DNA from: Ylistrum balloti
Lineage: Eukaryota
Reading direction: 5' to 3'
Length of the DNA: 64,000 nt
NCBI RefSeq assembly: GCF_031769215.1
Contig: NW_026782304.1
Span: 248,001-312,000 of the forward strand
A model generated the notes under the pieces. That model made no database searches and was not told where the DNA came from. It saw nothing but the letters and a program-made list of their open reading frames with translations. Every line of letters starts with the position of its first letter. Position 1 is the stretch's first letter. Shown here one piece after another: positions 12,780 through 26,300 of this stretch. The translations under genes and the position numbers were made by a program.

Positions 12780-13830
12780 ATTCATAAAGAATTTCACTTA
12801 AAAGAAAAATAACATAGTACAAACAATAAATTCAACTTAAGGTAAAAAGAATTTCACTCGATTAAAACTCAAATTAAGGTTTACATCCTATGAAGTAAAA
12901 TAAAACATGTAAGTGAAAAAGAACATTATGTGTAGGCGCAATGCTAATTTATTTTCACTTCAGTGAAATTGTTCTCGTCTTAATGTAATCCTAATGTGAC
13001 TTATTCACCCCATTTGATAATGGAAGGATACATCAATATGTTTACTGTAGTATTTGCCTTTAATTGGTAGAAACTGTTTCTGATTTTATTTCCATTCGGA
13101 TATTTGGTTCCATTTTGTGTTACTTCAGTAAAAGTGATAAATGTTTTTATTCCCCTTATGTGTTTTTTCCCACTTAAGTGAAAAAAAATCCTTGTGTGCG
13201 CTTTTCAAGTATTTTCTTTTAATCCATTATGAGTTTCTTACACTTGAATGAAATAAATTTTCACTTACATTATGTGTACGGGCTCTGATTGGTTAGATGG
13301 TCAACACCTAATGATTGGTTAATAAATGGGCTAGTCCAAATCTATTGAAGAAACTGGGAGTTCAGCCACCCAACTGTTTGTTTGTCACTTAATTAAAAAA
13401 AAGTTTTTTAAGTGAAATAAAATATAATGCGAAGAACGTGAATTACCCTAAGGAAAATGAATTTTATCTAGCGAAATAAATTTAATGCGTATTTCAACTT
13501 AAGAGGAAACAGGAATAAGTGTTAAATGGCTTGGAAAATGGTTAAATGGAAATGAAAATAACTGCATAAATTATATAATGTAGTAGACATATTGACTGAT
13601 CTGTCTATTATTAAGGGATGGATAAGAAACATCCAGACTGCATTGAACACATTTACTTTAAGGCGCGCTGACTTCAGTGAAAATAATTTAGCCTTGTGTC
13701 TACGCGAAATATTTTTCTCACTTAAGCGATATTCTTCTTACCTTCAATTAATTGTTTGCATTGCGTTCACTTAAGTGAAAAAATATTCCCTTAAAAGGAA
13801 ATAAGATTACATGTAAAAACGACTTGCCAT
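12780..13830. mobile_element. Degenerate foldback/MITE-like element with internal CACTTAAGTGAAA subrepeats
   Basis: 12909-12965 is an imperfect inverted repeat of 13672-13726, and ttcacttaagtgaaa-type motifs recur throughout. Boundaries are approximate. Confidence 0.45.
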
Positions 13831-14364
13831 ACAATCCAATGTTGACAAAGGCTTATATACAAGGACGTGTCAGAGGTTGCTATTAACTTCACAAAAAATG
13901 TATTTTTCTATATCCATGGTTTGTTTGAATGTTTAATACCCATTTATTTTTAAACAACACCTGTAAAAGGTAAGATAAATTAAGTATCTACGTTAATTAT
14001 AAAATGTTGTTTGAGAAATATTTAAATTATTATTGTAGATGAACTTGCATCCTTAAAAATCCTATTTTTTAAGTTGAATGACAAGCATCCTTAAAGTATT
14101 TTCGGAACCTCTTTCAGTTTACCTTTCTGTGTTAACAAAAATCAGATAACAACACGGTTATTTAATTTACCCGTGTTGCAATCGACGTCAGAAACTGCAG
14201 GCTTTGTTGGACTGCAAAATGCCCGGTTCACCTATAAATTTGACCTGAATCATGCAGTATGATAAAGGTCAAGGCCTCGACGACTGCACTTCTTACGAAA
14301 GGCAATGTTTACGCTTCGCCTAGACTAGCCAAGCACGCTCATCATCTAACGTAGTGAGCAAAGG

Positions 14365-17300
14365 ATGGAACAGGACAAAAGTGAAAGTAGAAGTGGTGTG
14401 ATAGTTGTCACTGATGTGGACCACCTGCAGATGAAAAAGTCGATCAGTCTACTTCACTGCACTGCGATCCTGATCTCTGTAACGGGCCACATCTCCATTT
14501 TCATCACACCAACAGCCATATTTCAGTACACGGAGTCCGTAGGTTTATCTCTCTTGATATGGTGTATCGGAGGACTTATAAACACAGGGGTCTGTCTGTG
14601 TTTTACAGAGATGGGGACTATATACCCTAAGGCTGGCGGTGGTTATGCTTATGTCCTCAAAGTCTTCGGCGATCTCCCCGGATTTATGATCATGTATGGA
14701 TATATATTAATGATCTGTTGTCCTTTCTGGGCATTTGTAGCCTATATTGCGTCATTGTATACTTTACAGCCGATCCTGGGATGCAGACCGTCAGAAGCAG
14801 CTGTCAAACTGTTGGCTTCTTGGATTCTAGGTAAGTGTTAATGGGCTAGCCAATGGATAGGGTAACTGGACAAGACCTTGGAGAGTATGAATTATTCTTT
14901 TTTCATGAGTAAATGGGCCAGTCATGTATACTGTAACTAGGCTGTCATGTGTGGATAGGGTAACTGGGTTAGACCCTGGATACAGTAACTTGGATGGGCC
15001 AGTCTACTGGATATCATGGTGTAACTGGGCTGGTCAATATTGATAGGGTAACTGGGTTGGCTCACATGGATAGGAAGTGGTCTAGTCCACAGGGTATATG
15101 CTACTGAGCTGGATCATATGGATTAACAGTCAGTCAGATGGGGCTATAAATGGTGGCCCGTGTAAGGTCCGTCCAGCCTTGCACGCAAAAGATCCTTCTG
15201 TGGTTTTCGAAAATAGGAGTAGGCACTTAACGCTGCCCAGGAGCCCTAATAACCCTCATATACATCATCTTCAATAAACCTTTTTCTGAATTCGGACGGA
15301 CATCTAAATTACCCCCATAAAAAGCTAAAAACATGCACAGCCTGGAGCCCAGACAAAGACGACAGGACCCACCACCAACCAGAAGACCAGGACCCAGACA
15401 TCATGGAAGGACGACTAGGAACAACCATTCAATCGGGAGTCGTCTCAAAATTCTACAGACTCGCCAACCCCAGACAACTCCCACACTCAGAGGGGAGCAC
15501 CCCACTCTCGTCGCCCGAGAATTGACGTACATTGATTGGGACAATGCCCGTTGTCAGGCGTTGTCATGGAGACAAAAACCCTCATCATCATCATCATCAT
15601 ATGGATTAGAAATGGGAGGAAAATTTTTGATCTGCAGTGTACGTAGTATGAGTTGTATTTGTAACCGACAGAATATGGAAAAAAACACCTTCCTACAAAG
15701 TGTGCCAACAGGAATCAAACCAGAGACTCCCAAGTGGTGATCTGTGGCTCTATTGACTAAGCCAAAGTGATCTTTTATTTGTCCGAGTGACAGAGACTGT
15801 ATATCACACCTGAAATGTTGTCCCCTAGGTTTGCAGTAACCAGGAGCATACCATGTTTTCATTCATTCATATAGTAGCTTGTTTCAGAATAAATTATCAG
15901 ATGCATTGTATAAAAAAAATCACACAATGTATTGAATCATGGGGCTAATGCACTTCCCTATCAGCTGTATTATGTGATTTAATTCATCATATGACTCTAC
16001 TGTATTTAACTCTAAATCTATATTAAGGGTGCTATTGACTTGTGTGACTTTTATATAACCTCTCTTGTAGAAGTCATGCTGACCTGCTCCTTTAACACAT
16101 TTCTCTGTAATGTAACCAGCTAGGGGTGGAGTGAGCTGCGGGGAGGTGGGTAGGGTTGTAGGTCACACCAAGTCACACCAAGTTCTGTCTACCTGTAGTA
16201 TAACCAGCTGGGGGTGGAGGAGGGGGTCAAACCAAGTTCTGTCTATCTGTAGTATAACCAGCCGGGGGTTGGAAACGGGGTCACACCAAGTTCTGTCTAC
16301 CTGTAGTATAGCTAGCTGAGTGTGGGAAAGGGGGTCACACCAAGTTCTGTCTACCTGTAGTATAACCAGCTGGGGGTGGAGGAGGGGTCACACCAAGTTC
16401 TGTCTATCTGTAGTATAACCAGCCGGGGGTGGAGGAGGGGAGGGGGTCACAACAAGTTCTGTCTACCTGTAGTATAACCAGCTGGGGGTGGGAGAGGGGG
16501 TCACAACAAGTTCTATCTACCTGTAGTATAACCAGCTGGGGGTTTGGAGAGGGGGTCACAACAAGTTCTATCTACCTGTAGTATAACTAGCTGTGGGTGG
16601 GAGAGGGTCACACCAAGTTCTGTCTACCTGTAGTATAACCAGCTGGGGGTGGAGGAGGGGGTCAAACCAAGTTCTGTCTATCTGTAGTATAACCAGGTTG
16701 GAAACGGGGTCACACCAAGTTCTGTCTACCTGTAGTATAGCTAGCTGAGTGTGGGAAAGGGGGTCACACCAAGTCTACCTGTAGGCTGGGGTCACACCAA
16801 GTTCTAACCAGCCGGGGGTCTGTCTACCTGTAGTATAACCAGCTGGGGGTGGGAGAGGGGGGGTAGTATAACCAGCAAACCAAGTTCTATCTACCTGTAG
16901 TATAACTAGCTATGGTTGGGAGAGGGTCACACCAAGTTCTGTCTACCTGTAGTATAACCAGCTGGGGGTGGGGGAGGGGGTCACACCAAGTTCTGTCTAC
17001 CTGTAGTATAACTAGCTGTGGGTGGGAGAGGGTCACACCAAGTTCTGTCTACCTGTAGTATAACCAGCTGGGGTGGGGAAGGGGGTCACACCAAGTTCTG
17101 TCTACCTGTAGTATTACTAGCTGTGGGTGGGAGAGGGTCACACCAAGTTCTGTCTACCTGTAGTATAACCAGCTGGGGGTGGGGGAGGGGGTCACACCAA
17201 GTTCTGTCTACCTGTAGTATAACCAGCTGGGGGTGGGGGAGGGGGTCACACCAGGTTCTGTCTACCTGTAGTATAACCAGCCGGGGGTGGTGCGATGGGA

Positions 17301-20300
17301 GTCGCAACAAGTTCTGACTCAGTCTCATTATTTGAAATATGGGCTATTTCCTGGTAATTCGATAGTCTACATGTGTGTTTTTACTCGATCTTTGATGGCA
17401 TTGATAGGAGACAAACAATTTGTATGTATTTTTCAGTGACACTGGTTGCCCTGAACTGTGTGTATATGAAGTATGTGACCAAAGTACAGACTTTTTTGTC
17501 CATCACTAAGATCTTAGCCCTACTTATCATCATTACAGGAGGAATTGTTCGTCTAACTCAAGGTAAAAAGTGGTTTTCCAAATAAGGAGATCACCTTTAT
17601 TATACCCATGACTAAATAAGGAAATATGTTATTCATTACCAAATAAGGAAATAATACTCATTACAAAATAAGGAAATACAAAGGAATTTTTCACTACCAA
17701 ATTAACATATGAATCTTAATACTGAAATTGAAAATATGTTTCTTATTTGATACAGAAGTTGGCAAGTAAGATGATATATTACTGTACTTCCTTTTTTCAA
17801 ATCAAAATTGATTACTCATTTCCAGAATTTGATACCAACAAATAAAATGATCCATACATTACCCAAGTTCCATGACCTTCATATATGGGTGACCTTGGTA
17901 AATTGTTGACCTTTGTAGATCTATCATGTAGTTTACCCTTTGCAATTGTCATTTATAGCTACAAGTGCAGGACCTCTATAACTGAGTTACCTTTACCTTT
18001 TAGTTTACTAAACTACAGAACTTACATGTATGTTACCTTGACGTTTAACAAATTTGTGATTTAAGCAGGTGTTCAACCTTCACCATCACATGTGATCTTG
18101 ACAGTAGGACGACCTTGACAGCAGAATTTTACGATATTTGCAGTTGAATGAAACTTTATTTCATTGTTTGCAGGAGAAACAGAGTATTTAGACAATGCTT
18201 TCCCATCAACGGCAGAAAGTCTAAAACTAGGGAACCTGGGCATGGCCATGTTCTTTTCAATATTCACTTATGGGGGATGGTGAGTTATCTACTCTGTTTG
18301 GTCAAATCTGGAAGTTTTTTTATGTAAGGTTAAATGTATATTGACTATATGGTCCAAAGTTACATGATTTGATGTAAGGTTAAATGTATGTTGACTATAT
18401 GGTCCAAAGTTACATGATTTGATGTAAGGTTATATGTATGTTGACTATATGGTCCAAAGTTACATGATTTGATGTAAGGTTATATGTATGTTGACTATAT
18501 GGTCCAAAGTTACATGATTTGATGTAAGGTTAAATGTATGTTGACTATATGGTCCAAAGTTACATGATTTGATGTAAGGTTAAATGTATGTTGACTATAT
18601 GGTCCAAAGTTAGATGATTTGATGTAAGGTTAAATGTATGTTGACTATATGGTCCAAAGATACATGATTTGATGTAAGGTTATATGTATGTTGACTATAT
18701 GGTCCAAAGATACATGATTTGATGTAAGGTTAAATGTATGTTGACTATATGGTCCAAAGTTAGATGATTTTATATAATTGTATAGTTTTAATTTCAAAGT
18801 ATCAAAATCCACCATGGCAGAAGAAACAGAGGTCGAAATTTCAACTTACATTATGTCTGTTGAGTAATATTTTCACAGAGTTAAAATAACAGGTTTTGAT
18901 TATTTCTATTTTGTTAAATTTTGACCAATTAGATTACAGCATTTGTAGTGAAAATATAATCCTTGAAGGAAACACTCACTTTATAGAAATTGATTTATAT
19001 TGGTCAGTTTGAATATAAATATTAAAGTGTTACACAATGTATCATGTTTTTTTTTTTATGAAAAATGGTTCTATTTTGTCTTGAGATGAAACTTTGATAT
19101 TTTTTCACTTGGACTGTGCTCCCATGAAAAATATCAAAATGTCTACCCAACTTGAATTATATTTGTTATTCTACAAGAATTACAATAACTGTTAACACAG
19201 AAAATTCGCATGGTTACTCATTTCAAATCGTCAAGATTTCAAGATACTTGTAATGAACTCTGACCTTGAAAGTACAGATCTTTGACCTGTCAGATCCTGA
19301 CCTCTGACTTTGGAAAAGTCAACCTCTGACCTTAAAGATCCTGACCCTTGACCTTTGATTTCATCCTATTTCATGACAGATTTACTGTTTTTCATGATTT
19401 TCAGGCAGGTTCTTGGCAGTTTGATGGAGGAAGTGAGGGATCCAGGAAAGTAAGGAAGGGTTTTTGCTTCTTTCTATGATGTTCATTTAATACAATGTAA
19501 TGTATATATCAAAAAGAGTTTGACATTCACGTCTGAGTTTTGGAGACCACATGAACAATTATTGGGATTGAATGGCATAGTTAACTTAATGTGACAAAGA
19601 TATTGAACTGAAATAAATTATTGGATTCTTGAAACTCTATTTTTAGTTCATAACATTCAGAAACTTTGTTATTAAAGTCTATTCATGCTCTGAGAAAATA
19701 TTTCAGTTATTATTGGCACTGAAACTACCATATTATGCTGCAATAAGTCCAGGGCCAATACATTTCTCCTTAATAAAAGTAAAGGAAGTGCTTATTACAG
19801 GACAACAGTGAAACGTTGGTTGATATGATTTCACTAACAGCAATATGGGTGGGCTTATTAACCAACATTGACTTATTACTGAATAAATATTGTAACAAAG
19901 AGCAGTAGATATAGGTGGACTTATTGCCAGACATAGACTTATTAACATATCAATATTGTAATAATTTTACTAAACAGCAGCAGATGTGGATGGGCTAATT
20001 ACCAGACATGGACTTATTAACTGAATAAATACATTGTTTTTTAGTTACTTGGTCTCTGTTGTTAATACTTTTTTATCCATAAACTATTGATCTTTTGATT
20101 ATTGTCATCCATGATAATTTCAGGTTTGCAGTGAATAGCCATATAATCATATGTTTTTTTGAAATGAAAATCTGCCTGTAGACACTTTTGCAATAATAGT
20201 TACAATTGTGCACAGTTTCATTAAATCTAGTAATAGATTTTGAATTATAGTCTAATTAATTTGTTTTGTCTGATTAATTTGTTTTCTGATTTCAATGTAA

Positions 20301-23300
20301 CTTTCCTGTATATATGTAATTATTGATTCATGACAGTTCAAAGTTGGTATGAGTTTCATTTATTCACAAAATCAAGTTTCATTGGAAAGACATTTCTGGG
20401 GGAAAAAAAGAAAAGAAAATAGAAAAAGAAGAAAAACACCTGCTAAATTTGAGCCTCACAAAAGAAGATGATACTTGCAATGACTTTGAGTGATGCTAAA
20501 GGTTTCCTTATATTTACAGAGACGCTCCCCGATCTGTTTATCTTTCCTTTGCTGTCATCATCCTGAAGTACATCCTCACAAACCTGGCTTATTTCATAGT
20601 CCTGTCACCTCAACAAATACTTCAAACAGACGCCATAGCAGTGGTCAGTATGTGCTTGTCTTGGTCAAAGTTGTGCAGTGGTCAGTTATGTTCATATCAT
20701 GGTCAAACACTTAGTCATTGTCTTAATATTAAGCCCCTCTCCCTACTTTGAGGCAGAGGTTAAAGTTTAACTGTTGACCCCCACCCGCTCCTGATAATAA
20801 TCCCAGTCAAATGTATTCTAGTTTCAGAAAAAATGCAACCATAAATTTTATCTCTCCTTCGTAATAGTCCACCCTCTGATTTCCTGTTTGAGTCAGATCT
20901 AGAGAATACCATAAGCTAAAAAAAACATTTGGGGTTAAAGTACGTGTAGGATTTCAAAATTCACAATTGATTTATAAGCCGAGCCTTATATTTGGCACCT
21001 GAAATGAAAAATTTGTGACGAATTTCATGGATCATATTATGAAATGAAAACAAATATCAGATCCTTTTCATAATATAATCAATCACTATGTCAAATACTG
21101 GAGAAAAAAAAAATCACGCTTCAAAACCTGTCGTGTCTATATCTATATGATCACCATTGTAACATCACAAGTAATCTATGAGTGTATCGCGTCATTTCAT
21201 AGTCTAAACTCGACGTCACAAAAGGTTATATTACATAAGGTAATACGCAAAAACATTTCCTGGGTATTTTTACTGAATAAAACAAAATTTAGTAGATAAA
21301 TACGATGGATTTAATTTTTACATTTTCCTGCAGATTTTTACCGTCCGTAAACAATTCTTGTTACCGCTATTTCTGGAAAAGTACTGGATGGATCTTTCTC
21401 AAGTTTCATATACAGGTTCCCCTTGGTCCCTAGTTGTGCATTGTACCTTTTTTGAACTGATTCGCATTCAAGATGGCCGACAGGTGGCCATCTTGGATTT
21501 TGGAAGTAAATGTTTGTTACTGCTATTTCTTGGAAAGTTCTGGATGGATCTTTCTCAAATTTCATATGCAGTTTCCCCTTGGTCCCTAGTTGTGCATTGT
21601 ACCTTTTTTGGACTGATTCGAATTCAAGATGGCCGACAGGTGGCCATCTTGGATTTTGGAAGTAAAAGTTTGTTACCGCTATTTCTGAGAAAGTACTGGA
21701 TGGATCTTCCTCAAATTTCATATGCAGTTTCCCCTTGGTCCCTAGTTGTGCATTGTACCTTTTTTGGACTGATTCGAATTCAAGATGGCCGACAGGCAGC
21801 CATCTTGGATTTTGGAAGTAAAAGATTGTTACTGCTATTTTTTGGAAAGTACTGGATGGATCTTTCTCAAATTTCATATGCAGTTTCCCCTTAGTCCCTA
21901 GTTGTGCATTGTACCTTTTTTGGACTGATTCGAATTCAAGATGGCCGACAGGTGGCCATCTTGGATTTTGGAAGTAAATGTTTGTTACTGCTATTTCTTG
22001 GAAAGTTCTGGATGGATCTTTCTCAAATTTCATATGCAGGTTCCCCTTGGTCCCTAGTTGTGCATTGTACCTTTTTTGAACTGATTCGAATTCAAGATGG
22101 CCGACAGGCAGCCATCTTGGATTTTGGAAGTAAAAGTTTGTTACTGCTATTTCTTGGAAAGTACTGGATGGATCTTTCTCAAATTTCATATGCAGGTTCC
22201 CTTTGGTTCCAAGTTGTGCATTATACCTTTTTGGACGGATCTGAAATCAAGATGGCTGACAGGCAGCCATCTTGGATTTTGGAAGTAAAATCTTGTTACT
22301 GCTATATCTGAGGAAGTACTGGATGGATCCTTCTGATATTTCCTAGATATTGGTTTCCCTTGGTCCCTAGTTGTGCATTGTACCTTTTTTGGACTGATTT
22401 GAAATCAAGGTGGCCCACAGGCAGCCATCTTGGATGTCGACAGTAATACAGCACAAGCATATTGTCCATTATCCATCTGTAACTGACTGCTATCTAATAA
22501 TACTTTGGGATCTTTTTCAAATGATATTTGCTAATAGGTGCTTAATAAAAATATCTTGTGCCATCATTGAGTACATTCAATGAAGACCAGTTCATGAACA
22601 TTTACAACACCTGTAACAAACAAAAAAAATAAACAAATCTTCAAGAACTGAAAACAGATCCTCAAATGGTGGGCGCCAAGATCCCTCTGGGATCTCTTGT
22701 TACAGACATGCTGTATCCTTACATTTTCCTGTAGATTTTTACAGACATGCTGTATCCTTACATTTTCCTGTAGATTTTTACAGACATGCTGTATCCTTAC
22801 ATTTTCCTGTAGATTTTTACAGACATGTTGTATCCTGTAGATTTTTACAGACATGCTGTATCCTTACATTTTCCTGTAGATTTTTACAGACATGTTGTAT
22901 CCTTACATTTTCCTGTAGATTTTTACAGACATGCTGTATCCTCCCATGACTCCAGTCATTACTATCCTGGTAGGGGTCAGTTGTGTTGGAGTTCTTAATG
23001 CCAGCATCATGGGACATTCAAGGTAAGTGAGACTCATTAAGCAAGGTCACCTGAACGTTTACTTGGATTGACCTAGATTTACACGTCAGGTGTTGTCATT
23101 GAAGCAGAAGATGTTTACTCTTCCAGAACACAAAAAACATCTTCTGCTTCAATATATTCACAGTGTAGCAGAACAGAGAGAAGTCAGCTTCAAAAGTTCT
23201 CTAACACAACTTTTATTTAATGACACATAGGTTTACACCAGTTAATATATCATACACACAATGTGTATCAGTGTTTTGTACAGTGCAATGAAACTCAAGT

Positions 23301-26300
23301 GTTCTGGGGTTTATTTGTGAGCATGCATTTCAAGCTGATGCTGATGGCAATATCTAGTATACCCTCTTAGATCCAGTCATGTTTATACTTGTAACATATA
23401 TAGGATCTTACTCAATTTTCCTTTTCATATGGGAACACATGTTATGAGTAATTTTCAGGATGAATGTCAAGAATCTTTTATCAGATGGAAACAGATTTTG
23501 CATTCTTTTTGTCACATAATTGATTATTCTATGTCAAACGTGAAACCCTGTCCGTTCTACATCTATAGTGTCCATTGTTCTGTCACAATACAACTGGGAA
23601 TGTATAAATGTATTATCTAAAGTGAAAGCACATTAAGTTATATCACACATGTGTAATACACAAAAATATTTGGTATATTCACTGAATAAGAAGGTAATCG
23701 TGTGATAAATACACGTATTTTCAACAGTAGACAATTACACCTGAACATATATATAAAATCATTGCTGTTGATACACAGTTACGCCTGTGATATACTATAC
23801 TCATTGATTGTTAATTATTGAGGATTGTGAATGATAATATAGGAAAGGTCAAAGGTAATCACCAGTGTTACTTTTTTTAGTATCAACTAATGCAGGTAAG
23901 ACTCGCACAATGATTCCAATATTGTTATGGTAAATTTGTACTCGGCGTACCTTTTTGTATATGACCAATATGTGATTATCATTTCAATGTTTTTTCAATG
24001 ACGTAGCATGAAAAAAAATATTTACAGTATTCTATACTAAAATGCACTTTTTGTTTAAATGCATAATAAACCATACTAGGGATTAGAAAACTGCAGTTTG
24101 AACATATTTGTCGTGTACTGAGCCCCAGAGGAAAACATACATATACAGATCAGATTCATTAGTCATAGCTTCAATCTCTGAAATAAAAACGTCGGTTTTC
24201 TTTGATTTGATGTGTTGTTCAGAAATCTGATTGTGAAAATTTGTAAATTGGCACTTCTTACATTCAAAGTAAGATTGAATCACCTTGACCTTTTGACAGT
24301 CATACTTTTTAGTAACATCATTTTCTTGTCATGTTGGGGTCAGTTAAGGTCATTCACATCAGAGTTAATTTTCCTTGTGTGTACTAACACAAATAGATGA
24401 TAAACTTTGACATCTCAGATTGTTTAGAATAGGTTTTGATTGTAAAGAATTTTATTTGTTTTCCGCAGGATTTTATTTGCTGGTGCCAGAAACGGACACG
24501 CCCCCATGATATTAAGTACGTTACACATCAGATTCCTGACCCCTTGGGCAGCCATCATTGTCATGGTAAATATTAAAGCACAATTGATAGAGTATGTATG
24601 TCAAGGCACATCACTGTAATGTATTTTTGTGGGGCTTAAATCTTTTTTTAAAATAAAATGTTAATTTGTAGGCACTTGGTTTTGTTGATGAATAATTCTC
24701 ACTGAATAAATTCAAAATAAATAGACAATATTTGAATTATCTCTTAATCAGTGAATATTTTAACTTGTTCATGAAAAGTATTAAGAAAATTTACAATATA
24801 AAACCTCCATGGAATGTACTGATTTGATGGTCTTCATGTCCGGGGTGGAGGCAATGATGACCTCTATTCTTTAGCCCCCGGACAGCATATTTGCATAATT
24901 ATTTCTGTTACTCTTAGAAATTTTGTGAAAGCTGTTCTTTCCTAGAGTAGGACCATACATGGTACTAGAAAGTTTGTTTTTTCATCATTAATATTTTTTA
25001 CAGTTTCATCAAAACGTGATTAAAAAGGATATTCTGTAAAACCATATAGTTTCATGGGGCTCAAATTTCATAAATTTAAAAAAAAAAAAAGAACAAAAAA
25101 GTCATTTTGCGGACACTTGGTATTATGGATGACTTTACCACAATAAATATACGTATGTTTATTGTAACAGTTTGTAGACATAAGAGTTCGTGGATTAAGG
25201 GTACCCCCAAAAATCAATAAAATAAATCCCCTTCAAAAATTAATGGTTTGACAGTAATTTTCATAGAGCAGACTAATGTTTTCTTTAATCATTGAAAGCA
25301 TTTGTTTTTCGCAATAGCAAAAATAGGTCAAACAGATTCCATCAAAGAAAAGAAGTTGTGGTATTTACTGTGGAAATTACTATCTTTTTCCTATTGAGTT
25401 GTGATATCAGTGAGGCAAAAATTCAATTTTAGCTGAATGGATAGAAATGTTATATTTGTAAACCAGAGCCTGAGGTATTGAAATGAACAACTTCTGTTAC
25501 ACAGGTAAAAATCAAATTTTGTAAGAGGTTTGTAAAGGGGAATAACTCTAGCAGCTTTGGATACAAAGGAGAAAAAAAAGCTGTATGTTTTTCCTTCACT
25601 CATCTTTTCGATTTCACCATCATTTATAAAGTTTAGTAGAATTTGATGGTGATGTGTCTGTTTGTTACAGAGTGCATGGGCCTTAGTCATGTTAGTGACT
25701 GGAGGACTGACAACCTTTATGGAATTTATTCAGGTTTTCTCCACCATCCTCAGTATATTTGTCATATCTGCTCAGCTGTATTTACGTAAGACACAGCCAG
25801 ATATCAACAGACCATTTAAGGTATGTCAGGTCTTCATCAGTGTGTGGGATTAAACAATTTTATTAGCAGGACCTTCACTACAGATAAAGATGTTTTTATA
25901 TCAGTCTCTCTGGATGATACTCAGTAATTGAACTTTATACACAGTACAAATATTAAAGCTTTCCACTCATAAACAAAATGATTTATTCATGAAATGTAAC
26001 CAACAAATAAGACCACATGTTATGTTTCCTTGTCTGTTCAAGACTGACCTTGTTGCTAACTATTTAAAGCTAACCTAGTGAAGATTTTTTTCAGACTAAC
26101 CTCGTTAAAACTGTTTTAAGCAAAGTAGATTAAAACTGTTATATGCTAAATTAATGAAAACTGTTCCAAGCTGACCAAGTGAAAATTGTTTCAAGCTCTT
26201 TCAAACTGACCTTGTAAGCTTGTTACAACTTTGTATTGACTGTTATAGACTAACATAGTCAAATCTACTTCAGCCCAACTTAGTTCTGTTTGTTGCAGGC

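Noticed and set aside
15333-15862. Overlapping ORFs in SLC7 intron 1 as a nested gene
   Set aside because: They partly overlap the TSD-flanked retroposon and cross its boundary, and show no recognisable protein motif.
18323-18769. 50-bp array as another donor-derived repeat (each unit has GTAAGG)
   Set aside because: The unit does not match the exon 3 end or its donor, so junction origin is unsupported.
21338-22311. Long ORFs (283, 178 and 135 aa) as protein-coding genes
   Set aside because: They have 52-aa periodicity from the 156-bp satellite, are open on both strands, and lie inside a mobile element within an intron.
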